This document shows positions 1 through 9,875 of a DNA stretch of 64,000 bases, one piece after another (positions within the stretch are counted from its first letter, which is position 1; each line of letters starts with the position of its first letter). A program made the position numbers and the translations under genes. This DNA comes from an uncultured Gemmataceae bacterium (GTDB lineage Bacteria; Planctomycetota; Planctomycetia; Gemmatales; Gemmataceae). The notes beneath the pieces were generated by a model, which saw nothing but the letters and a program-made list of their open reading frames with translations, was not told the origin of the DNA and ran no database searches. The stretch lies in assembly GCA_963750165.1 (NCBI GenBank), contig CAVVPN010000003.1, positions 224,001 through 288,000 on the forward strand. Direction: 5' to 3'.

Positions 1-652
1 TCAGGGCGCGCAGGATCACGTCGTCGGTGGCGTTGTAATGTTGCTGCCGCACCGACTCCTGAAGCTTGCGCGAGTGGCCCGGCTCGAAGCCGATGAAAAT
101 GCCGTGGACCGACGTGTACACCAGGTCGCGGACATTCTCGGGGCTCAGCTGGATGTCCATCTTGTTAGCGAGTTCCAGCCAGGTCAGGAAGTTGGACAGG
201 TCCTCCAGGCGCGTGCCCGTCTCGAAGTAGCGCGGCTGGCTGAGGCGGTCGATCAGGTCTTTTTGCAGGGTCGCGATCATCTGCAACTGCACCGCCCGCT
301 TGTCGGCCGCCGCCTTGTCCTTCTTGGCCAGTTCGTTGATCTGCTTCTGGTTCTCGGTGAGGATTTCCTTGAAGCGTTCGATGCCGTACTTCATCAACTG
401 CTTCATGAACTCGTCAGCGATGTTGCGGCGGGCCTTGAGGTCCTCCAGTTCGCGGTAGCGGACGGTGCGGTTGCTGATTTCGAGGACCGGCTCGCCGGCG
501 GCGCGGTTGGCGTTGAACAGTTCGAGGAGGCGTGCGCCCAGGTCGCCCTGCACGCCGGTGCAGAGCACGAAGGTGAGCATGCACATGAGCAGGATGGCGG
601 CCATCCAGTATTTTTGGTTCTTTTGGAAGTTGCGAAAGGGATTGAAAGCCAT
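1..652 (-). CDS. Conserved hypothetical membrane-anchored protein, runs off the window start
   Basis: Minus-strand ATG at 652 gives MAFNPFRNFQKNQKYWMAAILLMCMLTFVLCTG (N-terminal TM anchor). The + strand ORF 38-670 reads like its antisense shadow. Confidence 0.65.
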   Translation of the reverse strand, partial: MAFNPFRNFQKNQKYWMAAILLMCMLTFVLCTGVQGDLGARLLELFNANRAAGEPVLEISNRTVRYRELEDLKARRNIADEFMKQLMKYGIERFKEILTENQKQINELAKKDKAAADKRAVQLQMIATLQKDLIDRLSQPRYFETGTRLEDLSNFLTWLELANKMDIQLSPENVRDLVYTSVHGIFIGFEPGHSRKLQESVRQQHYNATDDVILRAL

Positions 653-764
653 GTTACGACCCCGAGTTAGAGCCCGCCGTCCGCCGTCCGCCGTCCGTCA
701 CGCGCCTTGACACCGCGCGGAGCGGTGTAGTATGGGAGAGGGACGCCCTCGACTCAAAATAGCG

Positions 765-792
765 ATTGTAGCGAGTCTGCGCCCCAGTACAA
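765..792 (-). promoter_or_regulatory. Putative sigma70 promoter for the leftward gene
   Basis: Minus strand TTGTAC-16 nt-TACAAT. Confidence 0.35.
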
Positions 793-812
793 CAGCAACC
801 GGCCCCGGCGCT

Positions 813-870
813 CGTGGGGCAGACATTCCTGTCTGCCGGTCCCCTGGCAGACAGGAAAGTCTGCCCCACG
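813..870. repeat. REP-like inverted doublet, family A (GTGGGGCAGACATTCCTGTCTGCC)
   Basis: 25-bp inverted arms; second copy at 36084-36140. Confidence 0.85.
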
Positions 871-1018
871 GAAGAAAGAATCCCGGGGGCCGCCGCGACC
901 CTCCAAGCATAAGGATAGGCGAGGCGGTGGTTCTCGCCGCCGGGGCTTGACCGACACCGATACACTACGAACTACGCACGAAAGACCAAGGGAGTCGTCG
1001 CTACTCAAGGAGTTTGCT

Positions 1019-3721
1019 GTGGCCGCACGGAAGAAGAAGAATCTGGTCATCGTCGAGTCGCCGGCCAAGGCGCGGACGATCAACAAATACCTGGGCGCGG
1101 ACTTTGAAGTGGTCGCCAGCAAGGGGCACGTCCGCGACCTGCCCAAGAGCCGCTTCGGCATCGACATCGAGAACGGCTGGGTGCCGACCTACCGGCCGCT
1201 GCAGGATCGCAAGGACGTGCTGACCACCCTGAAAAAGCAGGCCGCGTCCGCCGGCATGGTCTATCTGGCGCCCGACCCCGACCGTGAGGGCGAGGCCATC
1301 GCCTGGCACCTCAAGGAAGCGCTCGGCCTGAAGGACGAACAGGTGCGGCGCGTCACCTTCAACGAGATCACCAGGACCGCCGTGCAGAAGGCGTTCGCCG
1401 AGCCGCGCACCCTGGACATGGACCGCGTCGCCGCCCAGGAGGCGCGGCGCTTTCTGGATCGCGTCGTCGGCTACAAGCTGAGCCCGCTGCTGAGCCGCAA
1501 GCTCGGCGACGAGGACCTGAGCGCCGGCCGCGTCCAGTCCGTGGCGGTGCGCCTGATCGTTGAACGCGAGCGCGAAATCCAGGCGTTCAAGCCCGAGGAA
1601 TACTGGAAGATCACCGCCCTGCTGGCGCCCGAAGGCAAGATCGCCAAACCGGTCGCCCTGCAGTTGAAGCCAGTCACGAAGAAATTCGGCAAGAAAACGG
1701 AGGAGGACGGCCAGGACGGCAAGGACGAGAAGGACACCGAGGGCGGCGAGGAGGCTCCGGCCGTGGCGGCGCTGTCGGCGTTCGTGCTGCCGGAGGGCTC
1801 GTTCCTGTCGGAGCTGGCGGAGTGGAACGGTCAGAAATTCAAGGCGGGCAACGGCACGGAGGCGGGCGCCATCGTCAAGGCTCTGGAGGGGGCGAATTAC
1901 GTCGTCAGCAAGGTCGAGCAGAAGGACCGTCAGGAGAAGGCACCGCCGCCGTTCACGACCAGCACACTGCAACAGCAGGCGGCCATCCGCCTGCACTACC
2001 ACGCCAAGCGCACCATGATGATCGCGCAGCGCCTGTACGAAGGCGTGGACCTCGGCCCCGACGGCGCGGTGGCGCTTATCACCTACATGCGCACCGACAG
2101 CACGCGCGTCTCAGAGGACGCCTTGAAGGCGTGCCGCGGCGTCATCCAGCAGAAGTACGGCGACAAGTACCTGCCGGAACAGGCGAACCGCTTCGCCTCG
2201 GGCAAGAGCGCCCAGGAGGCGCACGAGGCCATTCGGCCGACGGACCTGACTTACACGCCGGAGCGCGTGGCCCAGCACGTGTCGCCGGAGCAGGCGAAAC
2301 TGTACGCGCTGATCTACAACCGCTTCGTCGCCAGCCAGATGACGCCGGCGGTGTTCGCGGTGACCAATGTGGATGTGACGGCGAGCCCCCTCACGCCCAA
2401 CCCCTCTCCCCCTGAAGGGGGCGAGGGGAGACCGGTGGGCGTCTTCAAGGCCCAGGGCAAGATCATGAAGTTCGACGGCTACCGCCGGGTGCTGGCGCCG
2501 GCCGGCAAGCAGGAGGACGCGCTGTTGCCGCTGCTGACCGAGAAGCAGGTGCTCGACCTGTTGAAGTTGCACCCGACGCAGCACTTCACGCAGCCGCCGC
2601 CGCGCTTCAACGAGGCGTCGCTGGTCAAGACGCTGGAAACGGAGGGCATCGGCCGGCCGAGCACCTACGCCAGCATCATCAACAAGATCGAGGAGCGTGG
2701 CTACGTCGAGCAGAAGGAGCGGCGCTTCTACGCCACCGAGAAGGGCATGACGGTCACCGATCTGCTGGTGGAGCACTTTCCGAAGGTGATGGACCTGAAG
2801 TTCACCAGCCACATGGAGGAGGAGCTGGACGAGATCGAGGCGGGCAAGTGCCAGCGCAACGTCGTGTTGCAGGAGTTCTACGATCCGTTCAGCCAGGCGC
2901 TGCAGACGGCCGAGATCAAGCTGATGGGCGACGCCCCGAAGTGCCCGGACTGCGGCAAGCCGTTGGTGGAGCGCTTCAGCCGCTTTGGCAAGTTTTTCGG
3001 TTGCAGCGGCCATCCGGAGTGCAAGTACATCAAGAAGGGCGAGCGGGCGCAGAAGGAACCGCCGAAGCCGACGGAGTACCTGTGCCCGACCTGCGGCAAG
3101 CCGATGGTTCAGCGCATGGGCAAGCGCGGGCCGTTCCTGGGCTGCAGCGGCTACCCGGAGTGCAAGACGACGATGAACTTTGACGCCGAGGGCAAGCCGG
3201 TGCTGGCGAGCCGGCCGACGGAGCACGTCTGCGACAAGTGCGGCAAGCCGATGGTGCTGCGCGAGGGGCCGCGCGGCCAGTTTCTGGCCTGCACCGGCTA
3301 TCCGAAATGCAAGAACGCGAAGGATGTGGACGCGAACGGTAATCCGATCCAGCCGATCATGGCCGGCTTCGACTGCGAGAAGTGCGGCAAACCGATGGTC
3401 ATCAAGAAGAGCGCCCGCGGCCCGTTCGCCGGTTGCAGCAACTACCCGACGTGCCGCAGCACCAAGCCGGTGCCGGAGGAACTGAAGGAAAAGTTGAAGG
3501 CGCTCATGCCCGCGTCGGCGCCGGCGAAGAAGAAGGAGACGCCGAAGGTCGCGGTCCATGAGACGTGCCCGGATTGCGGGGCGGCGATGGAGTTGCGCAG
3601 CGGCCGCAAGGGCTTCTTCCTGGGCTGCACGCAGTACCGCAAGACCAAGTGCAAGGGCACGCGCGAGCCGTCGCCGGAGTTGCTGGAGCAGGTGCAGGCG
3701 GCGAGCCCGGCGACGACCTGA
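1019..3721 (+). CDS. topA: DNA topoisomerase I with five C-terminal C4 zinc ribbons
   Basis: LVIVESPAKA, DPDREGE, SAGRVQS, ITYMRTDS and GIGRPSTY motifs. Start uncertain (TTG 947 or GTG 1019). Confidence 0.97.
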   Translation: MAARKKKNLVIVESPAKARTINKYLGADFEVVASKGHVRDLPKSRFGIDIENGWVPTYRPLQDRKDVLTTLKKQAASAGMVYLAPDPDREGEAIAWHLKEALGLKDEQVRRVTFNEITRTAVQKAFAEPRTLDMDRVAAQEARRFLDRVVGYKLSPLLSRKLGDEDLSAGRVQSVAVRLIVEREREIQAFKPEEYWKITALLAPEGKIAKPVALQLKPVTKKFGKKTEEDGQDGKDEKDTEGGEEAPAVAALSAFVLPEGSFLSELAEWNGQKFKAGNGTEAGAIVKALEGANYVVSKVEQKDRQEKAPPPFTTSTLQQQAAIRLHYHAKRTMMIAQRLYEGVDLGPDGAVALITYMRTDSTRVSEDALKACRGVIQQKYGDKYLPEQANRFASGKSAQEAHEAIRPTDLTYTPERVAQHVSPEQAKLYALIYNRFVASQMTPAVFAVTNVDVTASPLTPNPSPPEGGEGRPVGVFKAQGKIMKFDGYRRVLAPAGKQEDALLPLLTEKQVLDLLKLHPTQHFTQPPPRFNEASLVKTLETEGIGRPSTYASIINKIEERGYVEQKERRFYATEKGMTVTDLLVEHFPKVMDLKFTSHMEEELDEIEAGKCQRNVVLQEFYDPFSQALQTAEIKLMGDAPKCPDCGKPLVERFSRFGKFFGCSGHPECKYIKKGERAQKEPPKPTEYLCPTCGKPMVQRMGKRGPFLGCSGYPECKTTMNFDAEGKPVLASRPTEHVCDKCGKPMVLREGPRGQFLACTGYPKCKNAKDVDANGNPIQPIMAGFDCEKCGKPMVIKKSARGPFAGCSNYPTCRSTKPVPEELKEKLKALMPASAPAKKKETPKVAVHETCPDCGAAMELRSGRKGFFLGCTQYRKTKCKGTREPSPELLEQVQAASPATT

Positions 3722-4009
3722 GCGCGAGCCCAGTAAGCGACCCGTTGAGAACCTGTGGCAGAAAGGGCCGCTGTCTTCGTTCGTGGTTCCGCCTTCAGAG
3801 ATCGTCCAACTTTCAAGTGTTGGTAAATAAGGAATTACGGCGAGCAGGGTGGCCGCAACCGCGCCGGCCGACAAGGGTTGCCACAACGCGGCACCACTTT
3901 TGCCGGTTTTCTTTTGCCTGCTCCGCGGAGGCAGGGTACGATCAAACCAGTGCCCGGCACCTCGCCGCGGCCCCGTCGCCTCAACTACGTTTCAGGGGGG
4001 TCCCACCAC

Positions 4010-5290
4010 ATGCTCACCATCTGGGGAGCCAAACAGGGGTTCTGCGACGGCCTGAGCCGCCGCAATTTCCTCAAGATCGGCGCGTTCGGCGCCGGTCTCA
4101 CCCTCGCCGAGCTGCTCCGGCTCCGCGCCGAGGGCATCACCGTCAACGGGGGCACCGCGTCCCGCAAGGCCGCCATCATGATTTACCTGCCCGGCGGCCC
4201 GTCGCACCTGGACATGTACGACCTCAAACCCGACGCCCCCGCCGAGTTCCGCGGCGACTTCCACCCGATCGCCACCAACGTGCCCGGCGTGCAAATCTGC
4301 GAGCACTTCCCCATGCAGGCGCGCATGTGGGACAAGCTGGCGGCCGTCCGCTCCATCGTCAGCGTCGATGAGCACAGCGACTCGCTGGTCAGCACCGGCT
4401 ACAGCCAGCGCGAAAACATGACCGCCAACCATCCGTCGTTCGGCTCGGTGGTGTCGCGGCTGCGCGGCGACAGCGGCAACGTGCCGCCGTTCGTCAGCCT
4501 GCGCGGCATGTCGCGCGGCACCGAACCCGGCTTCCTCGGCGTGTCCCACCGGCCCTTCTCGCCGTCAGGCCCCGGCGTGCAGAACCTGCGGCCGCTCACC
4601 GGCATGACGAACGAGCGCACCGCCGAGCGCCGCACCATGCTCCAGGGCTTCGACGACATCCGCCGTGAGGTGGACGCCAGCGGCACCCTGACCGGCATGG
4701 ACTCCTTCCAGCAGCGCGCCTTCGATATGATCGCCTCCGGCGGCGTCCGCACCGCCCTCGACCTGACGCGCGAGAACGCCGCCACCCGCGAGCGCTACCG
4801 CGGCGTCGAGCAGTTCCTGACGGCCCGCCGGCTGGTGGAAGCGGGCGTCGGCTGCGTCACGCTGTCGATCGGTGGCTGGGACACGCACGGCCAGAACTTC
4901 CAGCAGTTGCGCCGCCAGTTGCCGCAGGTGGACCGCGGCGTCGCCAACCTGATTCAGGACCTGCACGACCGCGGCATGCAGAACGACGTGGTGACGGTCA
5001 TGTGGGGCGAGTTCGGCCGCACGCCGCGCATCAACCGCAACGCCGGCCGCGATCACTGGTCGCCGGTCATGTCGGCCATGATCGCTGGCGGCGGCCTGCG
5101 CATGGGCCAGATGGTCGGCACCTCGACGGCCCGCGGCGAACGGCCGCAGGACCGCCGCGTCACCGTGCCACAACTGCTGGCCACGATGTACCGCGTCCTG
5201 GGCATCGATCCGGCCCGGACGTTCCCGAACGGCACCGGCCGGCCCGTCCACATCCTGGACGACCGCACTCCGGTGCGCGAGCTGCTGTAA
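4010..5290 (+). CDS. DUF1501 family protein with Tat-like signal
   Basis: SRRNFLK, GGPSHLDMYDLKP, WDTH, GEFGRTP and GRDHW motifs. Confidence 0.92.
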   Translation: MLTIWGAKQGFCDGLSRRNFLKIGAFGAGLTLAELLRLRAEGITVNGGTASRKAAIMIYLPGGPSHLDMYDLKPDAPAEFRGDFHPIATNVPGVQICEHFPMQARMWDKLAAVRSIVSVDEHSDSLVSTGYSQRENMTANHPSFGSVVSRLRGDSGNVPPFVSLRGMSRGTEPGFLGVSHRPFSPSGPGVQNLRPLTGMTNERTAERRTMLQGFDDIRREVDASGTLTGMDSFQQRAFDMIASGGVRTALDLTRENAATRERYRGVEQFLTARRLVEAGVGCVTLSIGGWDTHGQNFQQLRRQLPQVDRGVANLIQDLHDRGMQNDVVTVMWGEFGRTPRINRNAGRDHWSPVMSAMIAGGGLRMGQMVGTSTARGERPQDRRVTVPQLLATMYRVLGIDPARTFPNGTGRPVHILDDRTPVRELL

Positions 5291-5298
5291 TTCTGAGC

Positions 5299-5422
5299 AG
5301 GGGTCAGGGGGCAGGGGTCAGCAGTCAGAAAAAACAAAATCGCCTTTGCTGCGTTACAATAGCAGCGTCGGCTCAGGTCGGTTTTTTCTGACCGCTGACC
5401 ACTGACCGCTGACCACTGACCA
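5299..5422. repeat. Inverted pair of heptamer tandem arrays (GTCAGNN / CTGACCR)
   Basis: gggtcagggggcaggggtcagcagtcag ... ctgaccgctgaccactgaccgctgaccactgacc. Confidence 0.75.
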
Positions 5423-5441
5423 TTGTTTGAAGGATGCGCTC

Positions 5442-6913
5442 ATGTCCGACAACCCGTCTCTTCAGGCACCCACTGCCGAGCGCCGCCGCATCGCCGCCGG
5501 CAAATTCGAGCGCGCCAACCAGGTCGCCGCCACCAATAACTTCGACTACGCCATCAAGCTCCTGATCGAGTGCTGTCAGCTCGACCCCGCGAACCTGATC
5601 TACCGCAAGGCGCTGCGCCAGACGCAGCGCGCCAAGCACGGCAACAATCAGCGCGGCAGCACCCTGGCCCTGCTGACCACCGGGCCGCAGAAACTGCGTC
5701 TGCAGGCGGCGCGCCGCAGTGGCGACCATTTGAAGGCGCTGGAGCACGCCGAGCACATCCTTGTCAAGAACCCGTGGGATGTCGGCGCCCAACTGGCGCT
5801 GGCCGAGACGTTTGACGACCTGAAACTGCCCGATCAAGCGATCTGGTGTCTGGAGATGGCGCGCCAGACCACCCCCGATAACAAGAAGGTCAACCGGCTG
5901 CTGGCCCGGCTGTACGAGCGGCGCGGCAACTTCGCGCAGGCCATCGCCCTGTGGGAGTGGCTGCGCAAGAAGGATCCCACCGATGTGGAGGCGGCGGGCA
6001 AGGCCAGCGAGATCGCGGCCCTCTCGACCATCGCCCGCGGCAATTACGAGCAGGTCATCGCTGGACGCCAGGCCGCCGAGGCCACGGAACGCGAGCAGGA
6101 GGCTGGCACGGGGGAGGCCGTCAACGAGACGGACACGCATCAGGCTGCGGGCACGGCCGAGACGCAGGCGCTGCTCCACCCGCGCATCGCCCGGGAGGCG
6201 GCGCCACTGCTGGCCAGGTTGAAGGCCAACCAGTCCAACCCGAACGTGTATTTGCAGCTGGCCCAGCTGTACCGCAAGGCGGAACTGCCCGACGAGGCCC
6301 GCAAGACCCTGCAACAGGGACTGGCGCCGACCGGCAACGCCTTCGAGCTGGCCGCCGAGCTGGCGGAACTGGACCTGGAGCCATTCCGCAAGAACCTGGA
6401 GATCGCCGACGCGAAGCTGAAGCGCGACCCGAAGAACGAGGAGGTGCGCAGCTCCGCGCCCGGTTGGTCAAGGAAATCAACACGCGCGAACTACAACTGT
6501 TCCAGCAGAAGGCGGAGCGCTACCCAACCGAACTGGGTCACCGCTTCGAGTTGGGCGTGCGGCTGCTGCGAGCCAATCAGCTCGACGAGGCCATCCGCGA
6601 ACTGCAGGCGGCCCGCTCGGACCCACGGCATCATCACAGGGCGCTGTATCATCTGGGCTTCTGCTTCAAGAGCCGCAACAACTGGCGGCTGGCGCAGCGC
6701 AACTTCGAGGAAGCGCTGAAGGACCTGCCCGCCGGCGAGGACGCGCTGCGCAAGGAACTGCTGTTCCAGCTGGCGCAGGGGGCCGCGGAGTCGGGGGATT
6801 TGCCGCACGCCATCGATGTGGGACTGGAACTGGCCAACCTGGATTTCGGGTACAAGGACATCGGCCGGCTGCTGGACGAGTGGCAATCGAAGGAGCACGC
6901 GAAGAAAAGCTAA
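5442..6913 (+). CDS. Tetratricopeptide repeat protein (frameshift near 6450)
   Basis: TPR-like helices continue from frame 5427-6719 into frame 5951-6913 (LRARLVKEINTREL...). Confidence 0.8.
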
Positions 6914-6978
6914 CTCTCGTACTCTTGTTCCCGTGCTCCGCGCTGTGTCCCTGGTGTCGTGGGGATGCAACCTTCTTT

Positions 6979-7948
6979 CTAATTTTCCCCGGCCAGCACC
7001 CATTCCGCGACGCGGCGCTCGGCCCAGCGGATGCCGCCGGTGCCGTCCCAGCCCAGGAAGCCCAGATGGCCGCCGTGCTCCGCGATCTCCACCTCCATGC
7101 GCGGCCGCGGTGGCAGTTCCTCGAACGGCTCCACCGCGATGAACGGATCGTCACGCGCCGTCACGATCAGTGCCGGCACCGGCAGGCCCGGCAGCAGCGG
7201 CGCTGACGATGCCTGGTGGTAATAGTCCAGCGCGTCGCGGAAGCCCCACAATGGCGCGGTGTGCAGGTCGTCGAACTGGCGCAGCGTCAGGCGGCGCGGG
7301 AACCGCGTCTGCGGGGCGTCGGGGTTACACCACTGCTGGCGGCGCACCAGCTGCACCATGTTGCGGACGAAGTAGCGCTCGTAAAACCGATTGCGCCGCA
7401 GCGACAGCAAGGCGACGCAGCGTTCCATGTCGATGGGCGGCGCCAGCGCGGCGACGCCAGCGAGCTGGGCCAGCGGCTGGACCGCCGCCTCGCCCGCTGT
7501 CTTGAGCACCAGGTTGCCGCCCAGGGAAAAGCCGAGCAGGTACAGCGGCGAGGCCGGACACCAGCGCTGCACCTCCTCCGCGGCGGCACGCACGTCCTGC
7601 GAGCAGGCGCCGGTGTAGGTCTTGCGCCAGGCCCAGGCCGTGGCCGGCGCCGCGCAGGTCCAGGCGGACAACGCGCAGACCATGCGACAGCAGCGCCGCC
7701 GCCGTGCGGACGATGGCGCCGGAGCGGTGCGAACCGCCCAGGCCGTGGACCAGCAGGGCGACGGGTTGGCCGGGCTGCCAGCCGGCGGGCACGCTGTCGT
7801 GCAGCACCAGGCGGTCGCCGTCCGGCAGCGTCAGCAAACAGCGGCGGGCGTGCAGCGACGGCGCCCGGTGGTCGAGCACACGGCCGAGCAGCGTTTGCAC
7901 GTGCGGGTTCCTCAGGAACGGCAGGGGGCGGAAGGGGTAAGACATCAT
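6979..7948 (-). CDS. YheT-like alpha/beta hydrolase (frameshift near 7630)
   Basis: NPHVQT, HGLGGS, GFSLGG, DDPF and GGHLGF motifs split over two frames. Confidence 0.85.
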
Positions 7949-7973
7949 TGGGGTCACCTTGGCAGGGCCCCGG

Positions 7974-8243
7974 TTAACCGGGACGGGACAATGGGGCGGT
8001 GGGCGTTGCCGCCGCGGCGGGGCCGAGGTAGCGGAAGCGCGGCACCAGGGCGTCGTTCACGAGCACCTGCTCCTGAAACATCCGCCGCGGCCGCGCACAC
8101 AGCCCTCCGACGCCGTAGAGCGGGCGGTACACCACCAGTTCTTCCTCCGTTTCGCTATGCCGCGCCACGCCGAGCACCTCGTACAATCCTCCCTTGAAGT
8201 GCTGATAGCGGCCGGCCGGCACCTCGGCTTCGGGCATCTCCAT
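7974..8243 (-). CDS. DUF1653 family protein
   Basis: GRYQHFKGGLYEVLGVARHSETEEELVVYRPLYG...RP..MF...PRF. Confidence 0.88.
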   Translation of the reverse strand: MEMPEAEVPAGRYQHFKGGLYEVLGVARHSETEEELVVYRPLYGVGGLCARPRRMFQEQVLVNDALVPRFRYLGPAAAATPTAPLSRPG

Positions 8244-8358
8244 GAACGACTCCTCAGACCGAGCTCCACCACCAATTCCATTTTACCCTACCAGGGCAAG
8301 GCCGAGTGCTTATTCAGCGGATTCTTTTCGGGGCTCGCGGAAAAGGTGAGTGTCCAGC

Positions 8359-8388
8359 ACCCGGCGAGCGCTGCAGCGCTCGCCGGGT
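8359..8388. repeat. Perfect 30-bp palindrome
   Basis: acccggcgagcgctg|cagcgctcgccgggt. Confidence 0.85.
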
Positions 8389-8443
8389 TCAGATGAGGTT
8401 CGAGGCTTGCTACCGAAGCGGAATTCCCGATTCCCAGCCCGAT

Positions 8444-8617
8444 CTACCGACCCGCGGACTCGGCCGGCAGGACGCCTTCGCCGTCGCAGCGCGGGCAGTC
8501 GCCGCTGCCCTTGCAGGCGGGGCACTGCGTCTGGGCGCTGTCGCCGCCGCCGGAGCCACCACAGCGGGCGCAGATGCCGCTGCCGTGACACGCCGGGCAG
8601 CTGACCGTTTCGGACAT
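8444..8617 (-). CDS. 57-aa stand-alone DnaJ-type zinc-finger protein
   Basis: Four CxxCxGxG repeats (CPACHGSG, CARCGGSG, CPACKGSG, CPRCDGEG); GGAAAGGGA RBS upstream. Confidence 0.75.
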   Translation of the reverse strand: MSETVSCPACHGSGICARCGGSGGGDSAQTQCPACKGSGDCPRCDGEGVLPAESAGR

Positions 8618-8652
8618 CAGGAGTCCCTTTCCACCGGGCTGCGTTTCCACCC

Positions 8653-9837
8653 TCACGGGAAGTGGGGCGTCTTCTCGAAGACGTTGCGCGGTCGCAGCTC
8701 GAAGCCGCACCACATCGTCAAGGCGACACCGCGGACCTGCATCTGATCGTTCGGGCCGCGGAAGAGGCCGTCCTCATCGCGCGGCAGGTGGTAGCCCGGC
8801 GACATGTACCACAGCACCACATCGGTGTTGGTGATCTTGCGCTTCTGGGCGACGAAGCGCGGCAGGTTGATGTAATGCTGCTCTTCCCACCTGAAGGGCG
8901 TCACCCAGTAGTCGTACTGCGTGAACGCCTCGCCGTTGCCCCAGTGCCGCGGCGTGCCCGGCCGGCTGGGGATCAACTCGTAGCTCATGAAATTGCCCTG
9001 GGCGTTCTTCTTGTTCGACTGGATGCGGACGCGCGTGAACTCGTAAGCGTTCCAGACGACGCCGCCCTCGACGCCCTTGTTGAACAGCTCCACGATGTCG
9101 CCAGCCTGGACGCCGTTGCGCGGCTCCTGCCGCCGCAGCAGATACGCGGTGTTCTTCTTGCCGTCGTTCAGATCGACATCGATGCGCCAGCAGCCGTGGT
9201 GCATGTGGCCGACGTTCTCATGGTTGCCGAGGTTGCGGCCGGTCGAGCCGAGCCGGCAGTGGATGCTGCCGTCACAACGGAAGCTGTATTCCATCAGGTA
9301 ATTGTAATTGCCGGCCCCGAGCGTGCTCCACAACACCAGTTCCTGACCGCGGCGCACCTTGTTGTAATACTTCCACAGGATGCCCGTGTCGCGCAGCTCC
9401 TTGACGGCGAGACCGTTTTCGAGCAGGGTGCCGTTGAGGCCGGCGTCCTCCTTGGTGTGCCGGACCAGCTTGTAATTGCCCTGGGCGCCGATGTCGTAGA
9501 TGCGCGTGCCGTTGTTGTAGGGCACGAAGATTTCGGACAGCCGCAGGTTGTCGAGCACCTTCATCCACTCGGCGTTGGGGCCGGTCTTGAGATAGGCCCC
9601 CATGATGACCAGGCCAGGCCCCGGAGAGACGATCTTGTAGTAGACCTTCCAGGCGGTCTGCATCTGGCCGCCAACGGGGAATTCCTGGACGATTTCAATG
9701 GCGGTCGGATCGATCTGAATGGGTTGCTGCTTGTTCGGCTGCTGCGCCGGTGTGGGCGCGCCCGGCTGCATCAGGACGAACAGCGCCGCCAGTGCCGCGG
9801 CGCCGCACAATCCCAGGGTCAGACGACTGCGAACCAT
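8653..9837 (-). CDS. Exported copper amine oxidase-like protein, catalytic domain only
   Basis: Signal peptide; SEIFVPY..YDIG; GNYNY...DGSI..R.GSTG; HMH..WRIDVDL; YHLPRDED; FELRPRNVF. Confidence 0.85.
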   Translation of the reverse strand: MVRSRLTLGLCGAAALAALFVLMQPGAPTPAQQPNKQQPIQIDPTAIEIVQEFPVGGQMQTAWKVYYKIVSPGPGLVIMGAYLKTGPNAEWMKVLDNLRLSEIFVPYNNGTRIYDIGAQGNYKLVRHTKEDAGLNGTLLENGLAVKELRDTGILWKYYNKVRRGQELVLWSTLGAGNYNYLMEYSFRCDGSIHCRLGSTGRNLGNHENVGHMHHGCWRIDVDLNDGKKNTAYLLRRQEPRNGVQAGDIVELFNKGVEGGVVWNAYEFTRVRIQSNKKNAQGNFMSYELIPSRPGTPRHWGNGEAFTQYDYWVTPFRWEEQHYINLPRFVAQKRKITNTDVVLWYMSPGYHLPRDEDGLFRGPNDQMQVRGVALTMWCGFELRPRNVFEKTPHFP

Positions 9838-9875
9838 GTGTGGTCTCCTTGTGGTGGGGTGGCTGCGGAGCCCGC

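Noticed and set aside
707..733. TTGACA...TAGTAT promoter for topA
   Set aside because: The spacer is only 15 nt, so it cannot be supported as canonical.
2111..3886. Long antisense or alternative-frame ORFs (also e.g. 8662-9969, 43135-45027, 55574-56830)
   Set aside because: Shadows of real genes caused by high GC; Arg/Ala/Pro-rich with no motifs.
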